From positions 6,074-70,073 of the forward strand of contig JALPWY010000004.1 of the NCBI GenBank assembly GCA_023271875.1: 64,000 nucleotides of DNA, written 5' to 3'. The notes beneath the pieces were generated by a model. That model worked only from the letters and a program-made list of their open reading frames with translations, ran no database searches and had not been told where the DNA came from. Below, piece by piece: positions 1 to 9,240 of the stretch. This stretch comes from Nitrospinaceae bacterium. GTDB lineage: Bacteria > Nitrospinota > Nitrospinia > Nitrospinales > VA-1. The position numbers and the translations under genes were made by a program. Each line of letters starts with the position of its first letter. The first letter of the stretch is position 1.

Positions 1-590
1 TCTTTGTTTCCATCTTTAAAATGTTCTTTTAAGCTTTTATTTCCGTTTTCGTACCAAGAAATGGAAACACCATCTTTGATTCCACCTTTGTAATGTTCTT
101 TTAAACTTTTATTTCCGTTTTTGTGCCAAGAAATAGAAACACCATCTTTATTTCCATCTTTAAAATGTTCCTCTAAGCTTTCCCCCCCATTTTCATACCA
201 CGAGTTAAAAATCCCATCTTTTTTTCCGTTTTTGAAATACCCTTTAAATTTCATCTGTTCGTTAAAATACCACTCAGTCCAAGGGCCATTTTTTTTTCCA
301 AATTTGTAATATCGTTCATACCATATCTTTTCATTTGGATACCAATGAGTCTTAAGACCATTCTGTTTACCATGTTTATAATAAACCTCAAACATTTTAA
401 CTCCGTTTTCATAAAAATAAGTTGAAAGACCGTCTAATTTTCCATCTTTATAATGTTCTTCCAATCTTTTTTTCCCGTTTCCCCAAAGTTCTTTTTTTAC
501 TTCAGGTTCTTCACCAAATACGAAAGAAGAACTATAAAACAAAAATATAAAAGATAGAGAAAGTACGAATGCGAGATATTTTCTTTCCAT
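1..590 (-). CDS. MORN-repeat-variant (YwqK-family-like) exported protein; 3-prime end cut by the window edge
   Basis: It is absent from the ORF track because it runs off the window. The reverse strand has ATG at 590-588, then MERKYLAFVLSLSFIFLFYSSSFVFG (signal peptide). Repeats of about 23 aa follow, of the type G.K.G....W(Y/H)(E/K)NG.K. It is a paralog of the next gene. Confidence 0.75.
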   Translation of the reverse strand, partial: MERKYLAFVLSLSFIFLFYSSSFVFGEEPEVKKELWGNGKKRLEEHYKDGKLDGLSTYFYENGVKMFEVYYKHGKQNGLKTHWYPNEKIWYERYYKFGKKNGPWTEWYFNEQMKFKGYFKNGKKDGIFNSWYENGGESLEEHFKDGNKDGVSISWHKNGNKSLKEHYKGGIKDGVSISWYENGNKSLKEHFKDGNK

Positions 591-611
591 AAAGTAATTT
601 TTCTGCGGGGA

Positions 612-1271
612 CTACTGTTCGATTCCATTTACAAAATTTTTTTCAGAAATTACTACTCCATCTTTATTCCATTCTGTTGCTCGGCCATTTTCTTTTCCAT
701 TTTTATAGTTTCTCTCTGTTTTCTTCTGTCCATTTTCATGCCACTCGATGAGAAGACCATGCTGCCTTCCATTGTTAAAAGTAATCTCTAAATCTTTCAG
801 CCCATTTTCGTGCCATATAGTGAAACGGCCATTTTGTAGGCCGTCTACATAGTATTCTTCACTCTTTTTATGGCCATTTTCATACCAAAAAGTGAAACTA
901 CCATCTTGTGTCCCATTTTTGTAGTGCGCTTCCCACTCCTTCTGTCCGTTTTGGTACCATATAGTGAAACGACCGTTTTCTCTCCCATTCTTATAATTCT
1001 TTTCATACCTTTTCTTTCCGTCTTTATACCAAGCAGAAGAAGGGCCATCTTTTTTATCATCTTTAAAATGAGTTTTATAATGTTTTTTTCCGTTTTTATG
1101 CCATATTGTGAAAAATCCGTCTATCTTTTCATCTTTGTAATGTTTTTCACTTTTTAATTTTCCTTCTTCCCAAAACTCTTTTCTGACTTCTTTTTTCTGG
1201 CTAAAGACAGAATCAGGCAATAAAAATATAAAAGTGAAAGTGAGTAGGAATGAGATATATTTTGTTTTCAT
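612..1271 (-). CDS. MORN-repeat-variant (YwqK-family-like) exported protein
   Basis: The 228-aa ORF 612..1298 contains eight or more repeats of K.G....W..NG.K. I prefer the ATG at 1271 (MKTKYISFLLTFTFIFLL, a signal peptide). Its upstream 12 nt (AATTACTTTATG) are identical to those of the neighbouring paralog. Confidence 0.8.
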   Translation of the reverse strand: MKTKYISFLLTFTFIFLLPDSVFSQKKEVRKEFWEEGKLKSEKHYKDEKIDGFFTIWHKNGKKHYKTHFKDDKKDGPSSAWYKDGKKRYEKNYKNGRENGRFTIWYQNGQKEWEAHYKNGTQDGSFTFWYENGHKKSEEYYVDGLQNGRFTIWHENGLKDLEITFNNGRQHGLLIEWHENGQKKTERNYKNGKENGRATEWNKDGVVISEKNFVNGIEQ

Positions 1272-1761
1272 AAAGTAATTATACCGCATTTTCCCCACAA
1301 CATATCCTCATCATACTTGGTTGTGGCGTTGACCGGATTGGGGAAGAGTATTCAGAAAACTTTATCCATTTGGATGTGTGCCAGTCGAAAGCACAAGGGG
1401 TTATTGGATTTATTGAAAAAGAAGAATAATAATAGAAAGAAAGCCCCCCCTATCTATATCCGAGGGCTAGCTTGGTTTGATAGGAGAGGCTCTCAAAAAC
1501 GGAAGGCCAACTATTTGGCTCTAACCTAACTTATAGACATTAACCGTCAATTAATTAGGGATTAAATTTGTATTAACAGAGCATGAAAATAATTTAATTT
1601 AGGAGGCTAGTTTTTTGGATTTTATGGACGTGGAAACCCGGCATGATTCCGGCCAAAAAAAAATGTTTTTTAATCTTGTTAAAATGCGTATGGAGTCCCA
1701 TCGAAGAGAATAAGTTGATGAAATACTTTAAAGAGCAGGGCTTTTCTGAAGTTTTCAGAAA

Positions 1762-2031
1762 TTAAGTCAGTCCGTTGATTATGTTTCTTAACTCCTCTTT
1801 ATCGGGTAGGTTTGTGGTGCAAGCACCTTCCGATGAGTCTGTCTCTCCACCAAAGATAATAATGTCATTATCTTTTAGTAGTGTTGGCGATGAAAAGTTC
1901 TTACCAGAAGATCCTTCGTGCAAGTGATCTTGGTTGATTTCCATAAAGGCCAACCCAATTTCTTTGAGCATTTGTCTGATTGGCTCGTAGTTTGGGCAAG
2001 AACTAGTATATATAAGTGAAAGACGCTTCAT
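1762..2031 (-). CDS. small thioredoxin-fold-like protein (tentative)
   Basis: The 89-aa ORF starts MKRLSLIYTSSCPNYEPIRQMLKEIGL and later has SPTLLKDNDIIIFGG. This layout resembles small glutaredoxin/thioredoxin-like proteins, but there is only one Cys at the CxxC position. Confidence 0.3.
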   Translation of the reverse strand: MKRLSLIYTSSCPNYEPIRQMLKEIGLAFMEINQDHLHEGSSGKNFSSPTLLKDNDIIIFGGETDSSEGACTTNLPDKEELRNIINGLT

Positions 2032-2065
2032 GCCTTCTAATTAAATGAAATAAAATTTAGTCGGA

Positions 2066-2203
2066 CTAATTTATCTCAGGTACTGCGCAGGATTGAACTG
2101 AAAAAGGAGCGACTAACAATAAAACTACTATCAGCAGAATGAACGTTTCCAAGTTTAAAAAGATAAATGGTCCTTTATAGGATTTTAGTTTCCATTTAAT
2201 CAC
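2066..2203 (-). CDS. small membrane protein (45 aa), below the ORF-track cutoff
   Basis: A GTG at 2203 is preceded by a strong SD (TAAGGAGGTGA). The product is MIKWKLKSYKGPFIFLNLETFILLIVVLLLVAPFSVQSCAVPEIN, with one hydrophobic helix. It lies directly upstream of and co-directional with 1762..2031. Confidence 0.4.
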   Translation of the reverse strand: MIKWKLKSYKGPFIFLNLETFILLIVVLLLVAPFSVQSCAVPEIN

Positions 2204-3732
2204 TATAACTCACCTCCTTATGATTTACTGATACTAAAGGCAGATGAACACTTGAGATTGCTGGGTACCCTTAATATAGGTCTTTCGATCTGTATAGGCA
2301 AGTCCCACACTGAAAATACCCTTGGTGAAAGGAAGATGAAGCATTTAGAGATGAGTCAAGCTTATATGCAAAATAACAAACTGCTGAAACAACTACCAAA
2401 AAAAAATGTCAAACATGGTTGACTCCTTTCATTTCAAAGAAAGCCTTTCCCAATATCTTAAGGATTTGATTGGAAACAGGAAGGCCTTCGAGAGATGAGT
2501 AGAGCTACGACAGGGTAACTTGCGAACATGAATTGTCCATTAATACACCGTTAATTTTAGATTAAGGGGGATGTAAAATCTTTCATAAATTAGAACAAGG
2601 TTGTAAGGGCTATTCCCTTGGTACGTTAATCAGTATTAAATGTATGAAACGCGTTTTACGCATTAAGTGGGGCATAATTTTTTTCAGGTCGGGCTAAACT
2701 TGTTCTATTTTTTGTCGAAGAATATTTTATATAAGGGTAGATAATAAAAATAGGTGATTTAAATGGATACCAGCAGTTCAGTGGGAAGTCTTTCGGAGAA
2801 GGTTCGAACCTCTCAACCTTCGTTGACTAAAAGGGGATTAACGTTGCAGGTTAAGAACGATAACACTTCATCGAGAGAGAAAAAAGTTGAAAAGCAAGAA
2901 ACGGTTCCTTCATCGCAAACGCTTCAAGAACATTCCGTAGACATAAACGCCTAAATCTTTAGGGGTTTGCCCAAGTTTTTTTACATAACGCATCCTCAGG
3001 TCTTTTTTAATAATCGATTGAAAAGGGCACGGTTCTACCTGATTAATTAATTCATGAATCAGAATTAATTTAAAATTAATGGATATTTCATCTAACAGGC
3101 ATATTTTTAGTATTAACAGTAGCATTTAGTTTTATATCTCCAAGGGGGTTTGCAATGGAAAATCCACCATTCTACCTTTAGAAGTTCCTGCCAGTTAAGA
3201 CCATTTTATGAGCACCCTACACAAACGATCATAGGAGGGTATGATCATGGAATGGTATACCTTTTGGACTGGGTGAGAAATAGTCTTAAATAAAGCTATT
3301 CAATTTTGTAACGGAGGTCATTATGGGAGCTGAGAGTCCACCTGTGTATTAATTCACATAGGACAAAATTAAACTTAATTCCGATATAAGTTGGAATATG
3401 CCCGATCTTGGCCGAAGGACTTAAAAGACGGGTCAACAAAAGAGAATAAAAGCCCCACAACCCTGCAACTTGGTCGGTGGAGGCGCTTTTGTAGGCTTGG
3501 TGTTTTGGCTGGCTACTCCCAGCATGCAGGTGGAAGCAGGGCACAGTTTGCAGGCAGAGTTTGTAAGCGCGAAAAAACAATTACGTGAAAATAGCTAGAT
3601 GATGCTCTTTAAAAAGATTAATATAGTTACCTGTTATTTACTTAATGGGATAATGCTTATGTTTATATAATCCTTAGTTTTGCTGAAAGCTGATCCTGGT
3701 TTCCACCTTGACTTTTTGCGGAGGTTCTTACT

Positions 3733-4407
3733 ATGGTTGAAAAGTTTACCCATCTGGACACTGGCAATATTGAGACAACAGAATCTTTTTTTTCTGATCG
3801 GTTTATAAAGGCTCGTATAGAAAGTGGACATCCCTCGAATGAAGGGCTTGACTTAATTTTAGAAGAAAATCGAAGTTCTGATTGGCAAGAACAACATTGG
3901 AAACAAGTCAAAGACAATCAACTAAAGTACGATGAAGATGTTAATCAGTACATCACGCTAACCCTTTCCGACTTAGTTAAAGCCAGGTCACAAACCCTAA
4001 AAAATAAATATATTGTCAGTATGGAAGCGGATGCCGGGCAAATAGCGTTGGAGGCGAGTGAGCGATCAAAAAAATTTATTGTTTATCGGATTAACGCGGA
4101 TTATTTCCTACTGAACCTTGGATTGTTGCGATCGGACACAAATACTCTTGGGGATGCTTATATTGATAAAGGTGGGTTTTATTATTCATCAGCTGCTTCT
4201 AGCTTGAAAGAGATTTTAGGGGGCAGATCCACTTTGTCTGATACGATGGAGAAATTGTCACGTCAATTTGTAAAGTACGTGAGGATATTAAGGTATATGA
4301 AAAACTCTGATAGTAATTTTTTTAGCTTTCATTTCAAATTATCAAAACTAGAAATTGAGACACTGGAGAGAACTTTAACTGAGGAATCGTCTAAGAAAAA
4401 AAATTAG
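3733..4407 (+). CDS. hypothetical protein
   Basis: A 224-aa ORF with normal composition; I recognise no motif. Confidence 0.5.
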   Translation: MVEKFTHLDTGNIETTESFFSDRFIKARIESGHPSNEGLDLILEENRSSDWQEQHWKQVKDNQLKYDEDVNQYITLTLSDLVKARSQTLKNKYIVSMEADAGQIALEASERSKKFIVYRINADYFLLNLGLLRSDTNTLGDAYIDKGGFYYSSAASSLKEILGGRSTLSDTMEKLSRQFVKYVRILRYMKNSDSNFFSFHFKLSKLEIETLERTLTEESSKKKN

Positions 4408-4570
4408 GAATAAGAAAAAGGTAGATGATTAATCAACTTATTAATTGGGCCATGGGATGGCACAACTTCATATATAGAGTTGATAAATTTTTTTAGTTTA
4501 AGAGTGCCTTGAATTTAATTGATTAAAATACCCTGATGGAGTCAAAGCTTCTTAAGCTGCTTGTTGTTTT

Positions 4571-6970
4571 CTAGAAGGTAGAATTGGTCATAACCTCTGT
4601 GGGGTTATTTTGTTCATTCGGAAGATTGTCTTGTGAAAAAATTTCAAAAAAACCTTTTGAATCTTCTGAATTCGTTAGACTTCCCGTGTCTGGGTTAATC
4701 TTGGCGAATATGGTTTCAGGTGTGACCTGAAAATTGTGGATAGGTGTATTGACCAAGGCATTTTTCATATACTCTAACCAGATAGGAATCGCAGTACGAG
4801 AACCTGTTTCGTTTTTTCCTAAAGGTTCAACAGTATCTTTTCCCACCCAAACCCCTGTTAGTAATTTTGGGGTGAACCCTAAAAACCAGGCATCTATGTA
4901 GTTGTTTGTTGTCCCTGTTTTTCCTGCAGTAGGTCGCCCAAGAGAACGAACTTTTTTAGCGGTTCCCTCCTGAACAACACTTTGCAGAAGACTGGTGACA
5001 ATCTGAGCCACTCCGCTCGTGATAGGTTGGGTTTTGTTTTGGTTTTCTTCGAATAATGTTTCTCCATTTCGGTTTTCTATATAACGGATACCTTGAGATT
5101 CTACTCTTATGCCACGATTGGCAAAGGCAGAGTATGCTGAAACTAGTTCATGTAGTGTGACACCGGATGAACCCAGGCCAATCGAAAGATTGTTTTCTAG
5201 GTGGCTATTTATTCCAAGGCTTTTGGCCATTTGAATTACTGAACGCGTGCCAATTTTTTGAAGTAGTTTCACGGTTACGATGTTTCTAGAATGTGCTAGC
5301 GCTTTACGTAAAGGTGTTGGCCCGTAAAACTTTTTCTCAAAGTTGACCGGTTTCCATTTGTCGAAAGAGTGATCTTTTTCCTTAAAGATAATGGGTGAAT
5401 CTATAATGATGCTGGCGGGGGAAAACCCTTTGCTAATGGCGGTAGCATAAACAATAGGTTTAAATGCAGATCCAGGTTGACGGACTGCCTGTACGGCACG
5501 ATTAAATTGGCTTTTAGAGAAATTGTAGCCACCTATCATGGCTTTGATATTACCAGTATCGGGTTCTATGCTGATTAGCGCAGACTCCACATCCGGTTCT
5601 TGCTCCAAAGATAATGACCAGACGGATCCTGATTCATGAACACCTAGAACCTTGACCATTATTTTGTCACCAGGGTAGAGAGTTTTATCAACTCGATTAA
5701 TGCGTGCCCAGCGGCCATCTACCTTGACGTTAGGTTCTCTTGCCCAATTCATATCTTTTAGCTCGATGATCCCTTCACCTTGGCCAATCAAAACAGTAAG
5801 ATATTCTCTTTCTACTGACTTCACTAATCCCTTGATGATCGTGCCTGCCTTTGGGAGTACTCCTTCTGTAAAACTATTTATCTCGCGTAGACTTTCTTGT
5901 AATACGGTTTCCGGTAGAGAAATATCCATTGTCCCTAATGGTCCCCGATAACCGTAGCGTTTGTCAGTAATATTTAGATTCTTTTTTATTGCAATTTGGG
6001 CGATGATCTGTTTTTCAAGGTTTAGCGTGGTATAAACTTTCAGCCCGCTTTTATAGACTTTGTTACGACCATACATAGTCATTAATTGTTGGCGTATGTA
6101 TTCGACGAAATAGGGGGCCTTATTAAGCATGTTTGTGACTTCACCAAGCTTGAATTGCTTCTTCATCGCTTGTTGAGCTTCGTCACGCTTGACAAAGCCT
6201 TCTTGAGCCATGCGGCGTATGACATGATTGCGTCTGGAGCGTGCGCGCTTCGGATTTCGATAGGGAGAATAGTTGTTTGGTGATTTTGGGAGTCCGGCAA
6301 TGAGAGCAACTTCATCAAGCGTAAGGTTTTCCACGTTTTTGCCAAAATATGTGCGTGCCGCAGCTTCGACTCCGTAACTGCCATGACCATAATAAATCTG
6401 GTTTAAATACATTTCTAGAATTTCATCCTTTGTAAAAACCAGTTCCATTCGGACGGATAAAATGGCCTCCTTGATTTTTCGTATAAGTGATCGTTCGCGA
6501 GAAAGAAAAAGTGTTTTGGATAGCTGCTGGGTTATTGTACTGCCGCCTTCGACAACGTGACCTGCCCTAATATTGGTAAGAAAGGCACGAAAAATGGCTC
6601 TTAGGTCGATTCCCATATGGCGATAAAAATTTGCATCTTCGACCGCAAGTGCAGCTTGTTTTAACTTGACTGGAATTTTGTTTAGTGGAATCAGTATTCT
6701 TTTTTCGAGATAAAGTTCGGCGATCAATTCATCTTGATCAGAATACATGAGGGTTACGGTGCTTGGTTCAAAACCTTTCAATTTTCTTACGTCAGGTAAT
6801 TGGTCTGTAAACGTATAGTAAATGGCAAGTGTTCCAATAAATCCAATAAGTAAGATAGTTATAAAAATAGAGAACACTCCCATGGATAGCCATTTTAAAA
6901 AACCGCTCCTTCTTTTTTTTTTGGTTTTCTTTTTTTTCTTAGATATTTTTTCTTTTTCAGTTTTTGGCAT
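4571..6970 (-). CDS. mrcA: penicillin-binding protein 1A (bifunctional transglycosylase/transpeptidase)
   Basis: 799 aa with a Lys-rich N-terminus and a TM anchor. GT51 motifs are present (EDANFYRHMGID, GGSTITQQL, RKIKE). Transpeptidase motifs are QPGSAFKP, SRN and KTGTT. Confidence 0.95.
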   Translation of the reverse strand: MPKTEKEKISKKKKKTKKKRRSGFLKWLSMGVFSIFITILLIGFIGTLAIYYTFTDQLPDVRKLKGFEPSTVTLMYSDQDELIAELYLEKRILIPLNKIPVKLKQAALAVEDANFYRHMGIDLRAIFRAFLTNIRAGHVVEGGSTITQQLSKTLFLSRERSLIRKIKEAILSVRMELVFTKDEILEMYLNQIYYGHGSYGVEAAARTYFGKNVENLTLDEVALIAGLPKSPNNYSPYRNPKRARSRRNHVIRRMAQEGFVKRDEAQQAMKKQFKLGEVTNMLNKAPYFVEYIRQQLMTMYGRNKVYKSGLKVYTTLNLEKQIIAQIAIKKNLNITDKRYGYRGPLGTMDISLPETVLQESLREINSFTEGVLPKAGTIIKGLVKSVEREYLTVLIGQGEGIIELKDMNWAREPNVKVDGRWARINRVDKTLYPGDKIMVKVLGVHESGSVWSLSLEQEPDVESALISIEPDTGNIKAMIGGYNFSKSQFNRAVQAVRQPGSAFKPIVYATAISKGFSPASIIIDSPIIFKEKDHSFDKWKPVNFEKKFYGPTPLRKALAHSRNIVTVKLLQKIGTRSVIQMAKSLGINSHLENNLSIGLGSSGVTLHELVSAYSAFANRGIRVESQGIRYIENRNGETLFEENQNKTQPITSGVAQIVTSLLQSVVQEGTAKKVRSLGRPTAGKTGTTNNYIDAWFLGFTPKLLTGVWVGKDTVEPLGKNETGSRTAIPIWLEYMKNALVNTPIHNFQVTPETIFAKINPDTGSLTNSEDSKGFFEIFSQDNLPNEQNNPTEVMTNSTF

Positions 6971-7431
6971 TACGTAATTTTGGGGAGGGTTTTGCTTTCT
7001 TCTAGCTCGATAAGCTCTACCCAGGTGGTTACGTTTTTGGCAATAGGATTGATTTTATTTCGGATTACATCGAACCGATTTAAACTTTCTGGAGTGTCTG
7101 GTTTTCGATCCAATATTTTTTTATTGATGCGCTCTTTGTCGTCTTTCGACCGATGTAAACATTTTTCTTCAATCCAAGAGGCCATTTCCTTGTCGCTTAG
7201 ATTTTGGGCTTGGTAAGAAAACTTCTTGTGGTTAGTATTCAGAAACTCCAATATGATTTTATCAAGAGGGCATGGGAATATATATTCGCCTAGCGTATTT
7301 GAATTGTACGCCCTTGCTTTATCTATCATGCGGGATACCATCACAAGGCCCTTCATTTTTATTTTAGGACTTCTGGGAATTGATTCAACGAGATTCATGT
7401 GAAGTGGATTTTTTCCTACAGGGAAAAACAA
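6970..7431 (-). CDS. DUF5069-like protein
   Basis: The 153-aa ORF has PRSP..MKGLVMVSRMIDKARA....LGEYIFPCPLD, which I recall as typical of DUF5069. Its stop overlaps the PBP1A start at 6970. The track start is TTG; ATG at 7398 is an alternative. Confidence 0.5.
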   Translation of the reverse strand: MFFPVGKNPLHMNLVESIPRSPKIKMKGLVMVSRMIDKARAYNSNTLGEYIFPCPLDKIILEFLNTNHKKFSYQAQNLSDKEMASWIEEKCLHRSKDDKERINKKILDRKPDTPESLNRFDVIRNKINPIAKNVTTWVELIELEESKTLPKIT

Positions 7432-7463
7432 ACTAGCAATGTATCCAAAATATTATATGAGGT

Positions 7464-7949
7464 TTAGTCTAGGCGAACCCGGCTAAGTTTTTTTAAGTTT
7501 GGTGAAGACTTTATTGCTTTTGCGCCTTCAGATCCAATATGATTTCTAAACAAATCAAGGGTGGTAATGTTTGAAAGGACTTCTGATTTTGCAAGATGCA
7601 TAGCCCCTTCTTCTCCTATCTCATTAAATTTTAAAACAAGTTGATCAAGGTTGGACCAATTTGCTGACTGAGAAATCAGTTTTGCGCCTTCAGCTGTGAT
7701 CTTGTTTGACTTTAAATTCAATGTTTTTAGCTGTGAAAGATAGGGCGAATTGCATAGGGCAGCAACACCTTTATCGCTGATTTCATTGTCGCCTAGAATC
7801 AGAGTTTTAGCTTTGGATAATGCCTCTAGGTTGGAAAGCCGGATTGCACCACCATCACATAATTTCCTATTTTCCAAGTCAAGCGAACCATTTGCATCTA
7901 AATTATCAAGAACGAACTTCTCAACATCTACTATTGTTTCATCACTCAT
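7464..7949 (-). CDS. leucine-rich repeat protein, ribonuclease-inhibitor (RNI) type
   Basis: 161 aa with about 28-aa repeats such as L..L.L..N.I.dkGa.aL and L..L.L..N.I..EGA..L. Confidence 0.7.
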   Translation of the reverse strand: MSDETIVDVEKFVLDNLDANGSLDLENRKLCDGGAIRLSNLEALSKAKTLILGDNEISDKGVAALCNSPYLSQLKTLNLKSNKITAEGAKLISQSANWSNLDQLVLKFNEIGEEGAMHLAKSEVLSNITTLDLFRNHIGSEGAKAIKSSPNLKKLSRVRLD

Positions 7950-8160
7950 TAATTAACTTTTATAAAATATTCAAAGCATTTAAGGATAATTATGACATAC
8001 TCTCAAGATTCATATACTAAACCTTCTTTTAAATGTGGTCAATTATTACTCCAATTAGTGAAAAAACAGAGTAGAGGTTTGAAATAAATTTAAGGCATGG
8101 TATATTTGATTAACGCGGTTATTCTTAAGTAATAAACTGATTAAGGGAGGATCAGGAACC

Positions 8161-8520
8161 ATGAAAAAAATTATTTCGATTTTAGCGGCTTTAGCATTGT
8201 TTTCGGTTTCGACAACTGTTTTTGCAGGAGAGGGACCCCTAGCTTTGCCCAAGGGAGCAGATGATAAAGCAAAAAAACATAATGTGGAGGGTATCGATCA
8301 TTGGCAACAAGGGCATTATGACGTTGCTCTAAAACACTTTAGTGCAGCATCCCAAGCCGATGGTTCTTCTGGGGAGGTTCATTTTAATGAAGCCATTTCT
8401 TACGACAAGGTGGGAAAACATGGAGTCGCCACCAAGCATTTCGGAGTAGCCTTAAAGAAAGCTGGCGGCAATCCACAGATTTTAAATTCGCCAATTTTAA
8501 AAGGTCACCTCGGCATGTGA
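8161..8520 (+). CDS. small exported protein, TPR-like
   Basis: 119 aa with signal peptide MKKIISILAALALFSVSTTVFA. The body (WQQGHYDVALKHF...FNEAISYDKVGKHGVATKHFGVALK) looks like one or two TPR-like helices. Confidence 0.55.
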   Translation: MKKIISILAALALFSVSTTVFAGEGPLALPKGADDKAKKHNVEGIDHWQQGHYDVALKHFSAASQADGSSGEVHFNEAISYDKVGKHGVATKHFGVALKKAGGNPQILNSPILKGHLGM

Positions 8521-8721
8521 TTATTCAAGCTTTAGTACTACTAGAGATTTTAGTTGTAGAAAGAAGTATTTAAAATTTGTTTAGTTGGGGGCCTATGTTT
8601 TGGCCCCCTTTTTTATTTCCATTCTTAATTGGAAAACAAGGGGAGGGCACAAAAGCTTGGTGATTTATGCCTTATCTGATACTATTTTATTACTTCCAAA
8701 TTCACTTAGGAGATATCTCTT

Positions 8722-9147
8722 ATGATGGGCATTGGTTTTCCAGAATTGATGGTTATTCTAGTCATCATTATGATAATTTTTGGTGCCGGGAAGCTTCCAG
8801 AAATTGGTAGCGCGTTTGGCAATAGCATTAAGAATTTTAAAAAGTCTATGAAAGATGCGGAAGCCGGGGAAATAGAGTCCGGATCTCCAGATGGTGAGTC
8901 AGCGTTATCAGACTCTGGCTCGACAGTTGAGGCAGCGGACAAAGCTCTAACACCTGAAGAGGCAGCCGCGAAAAAAGAGGCTGAAATGATAGACGAAGTT
9001 GCTGATGGAATTTTAAAAGATAGGATATCTCCTATAAAAACAGCTCACGATGGACTAGTCCAACAAAATGATGTTTTTACTAATTCATTGAGATCAACAC
9101 CTGGTGGAAGAGGGCGCGAAAGAGGGGTTAGTCGCGATGTATTTTAG
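8722..9147 (+). CDS. tatA: Sec-independent (twin-arginine) translocase protein, TatA/E family, with a long acidic C-terminal tail
   Basis: The N-terminus [45 protein letters not shown] is a canonical TatA TM helix plus amphipathic helix. At 141 aa it is longer than usual. Confidence 0.85.
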   Translation: MMGIGFPELMVILVIIMIIFGAGKLPEIGSAFGNSIKNFKKSMKDAEAGEIESGSPDGESALSDSGSTVEAADKALTPEEAAAKKEAEMIDEVADGILKDRISPIKTAHDGLVQQNDVFTNSLRSTPGGRGRERGVSRDVF

Positions 9148-9240
9148 AATAAAAAACGTTTATTCTAAAAAAGAGTAGCCCCCAGCTTTTTTTATTGAAT
9201 CAGAAAGAGCTTTCAGAGAAATAAACTTTTTCCGAGGTTT

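Noticed and set aside
845-1157. ORFs 845..1060 (-) and 870..1157 (+) within the MORN-repeat gene
   Set aside because: These are alternative-frame and antisense artefacts of a repetitive coding sequence. Their composition is implausible (runs of F, I, L, S or K, M, R, G).
3121-3175. TCCACCA at about 3163 as a tRNA or tmRNA 3-prime end
   Set aside because: It is preceded by GGGGGTTTGCAATGGAAAA, which cannot form a T-arm, and there is no matching acceptor 5-prime strand upstream.
3296-3588. ORFs 3296..3580 (-) and 3391..3588 (+), and the idea that this patch is tmRNA, RNase P, SRP or 6S RNA
   Set aside because: Both translations are Cys/Trp/Arg-rich and not protein-like. GCGCCTCCACCG resembles a tmRNA 3-prime end over only about 11 nt, with no T-arm. 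There is no GGAAAGTCCGGGC or ACAGAACCCGGCTTA (RNase P) and no clean SRP helix-8 motif. I left it as an unresolved finding, not a feature.
9148-9172. TAGAATAAA-N5-TTTATTCTA hairpin after tatA as a terminator
   Set aside because: It is an AT-only stem with no following T run on either strand, so the support is too weak.
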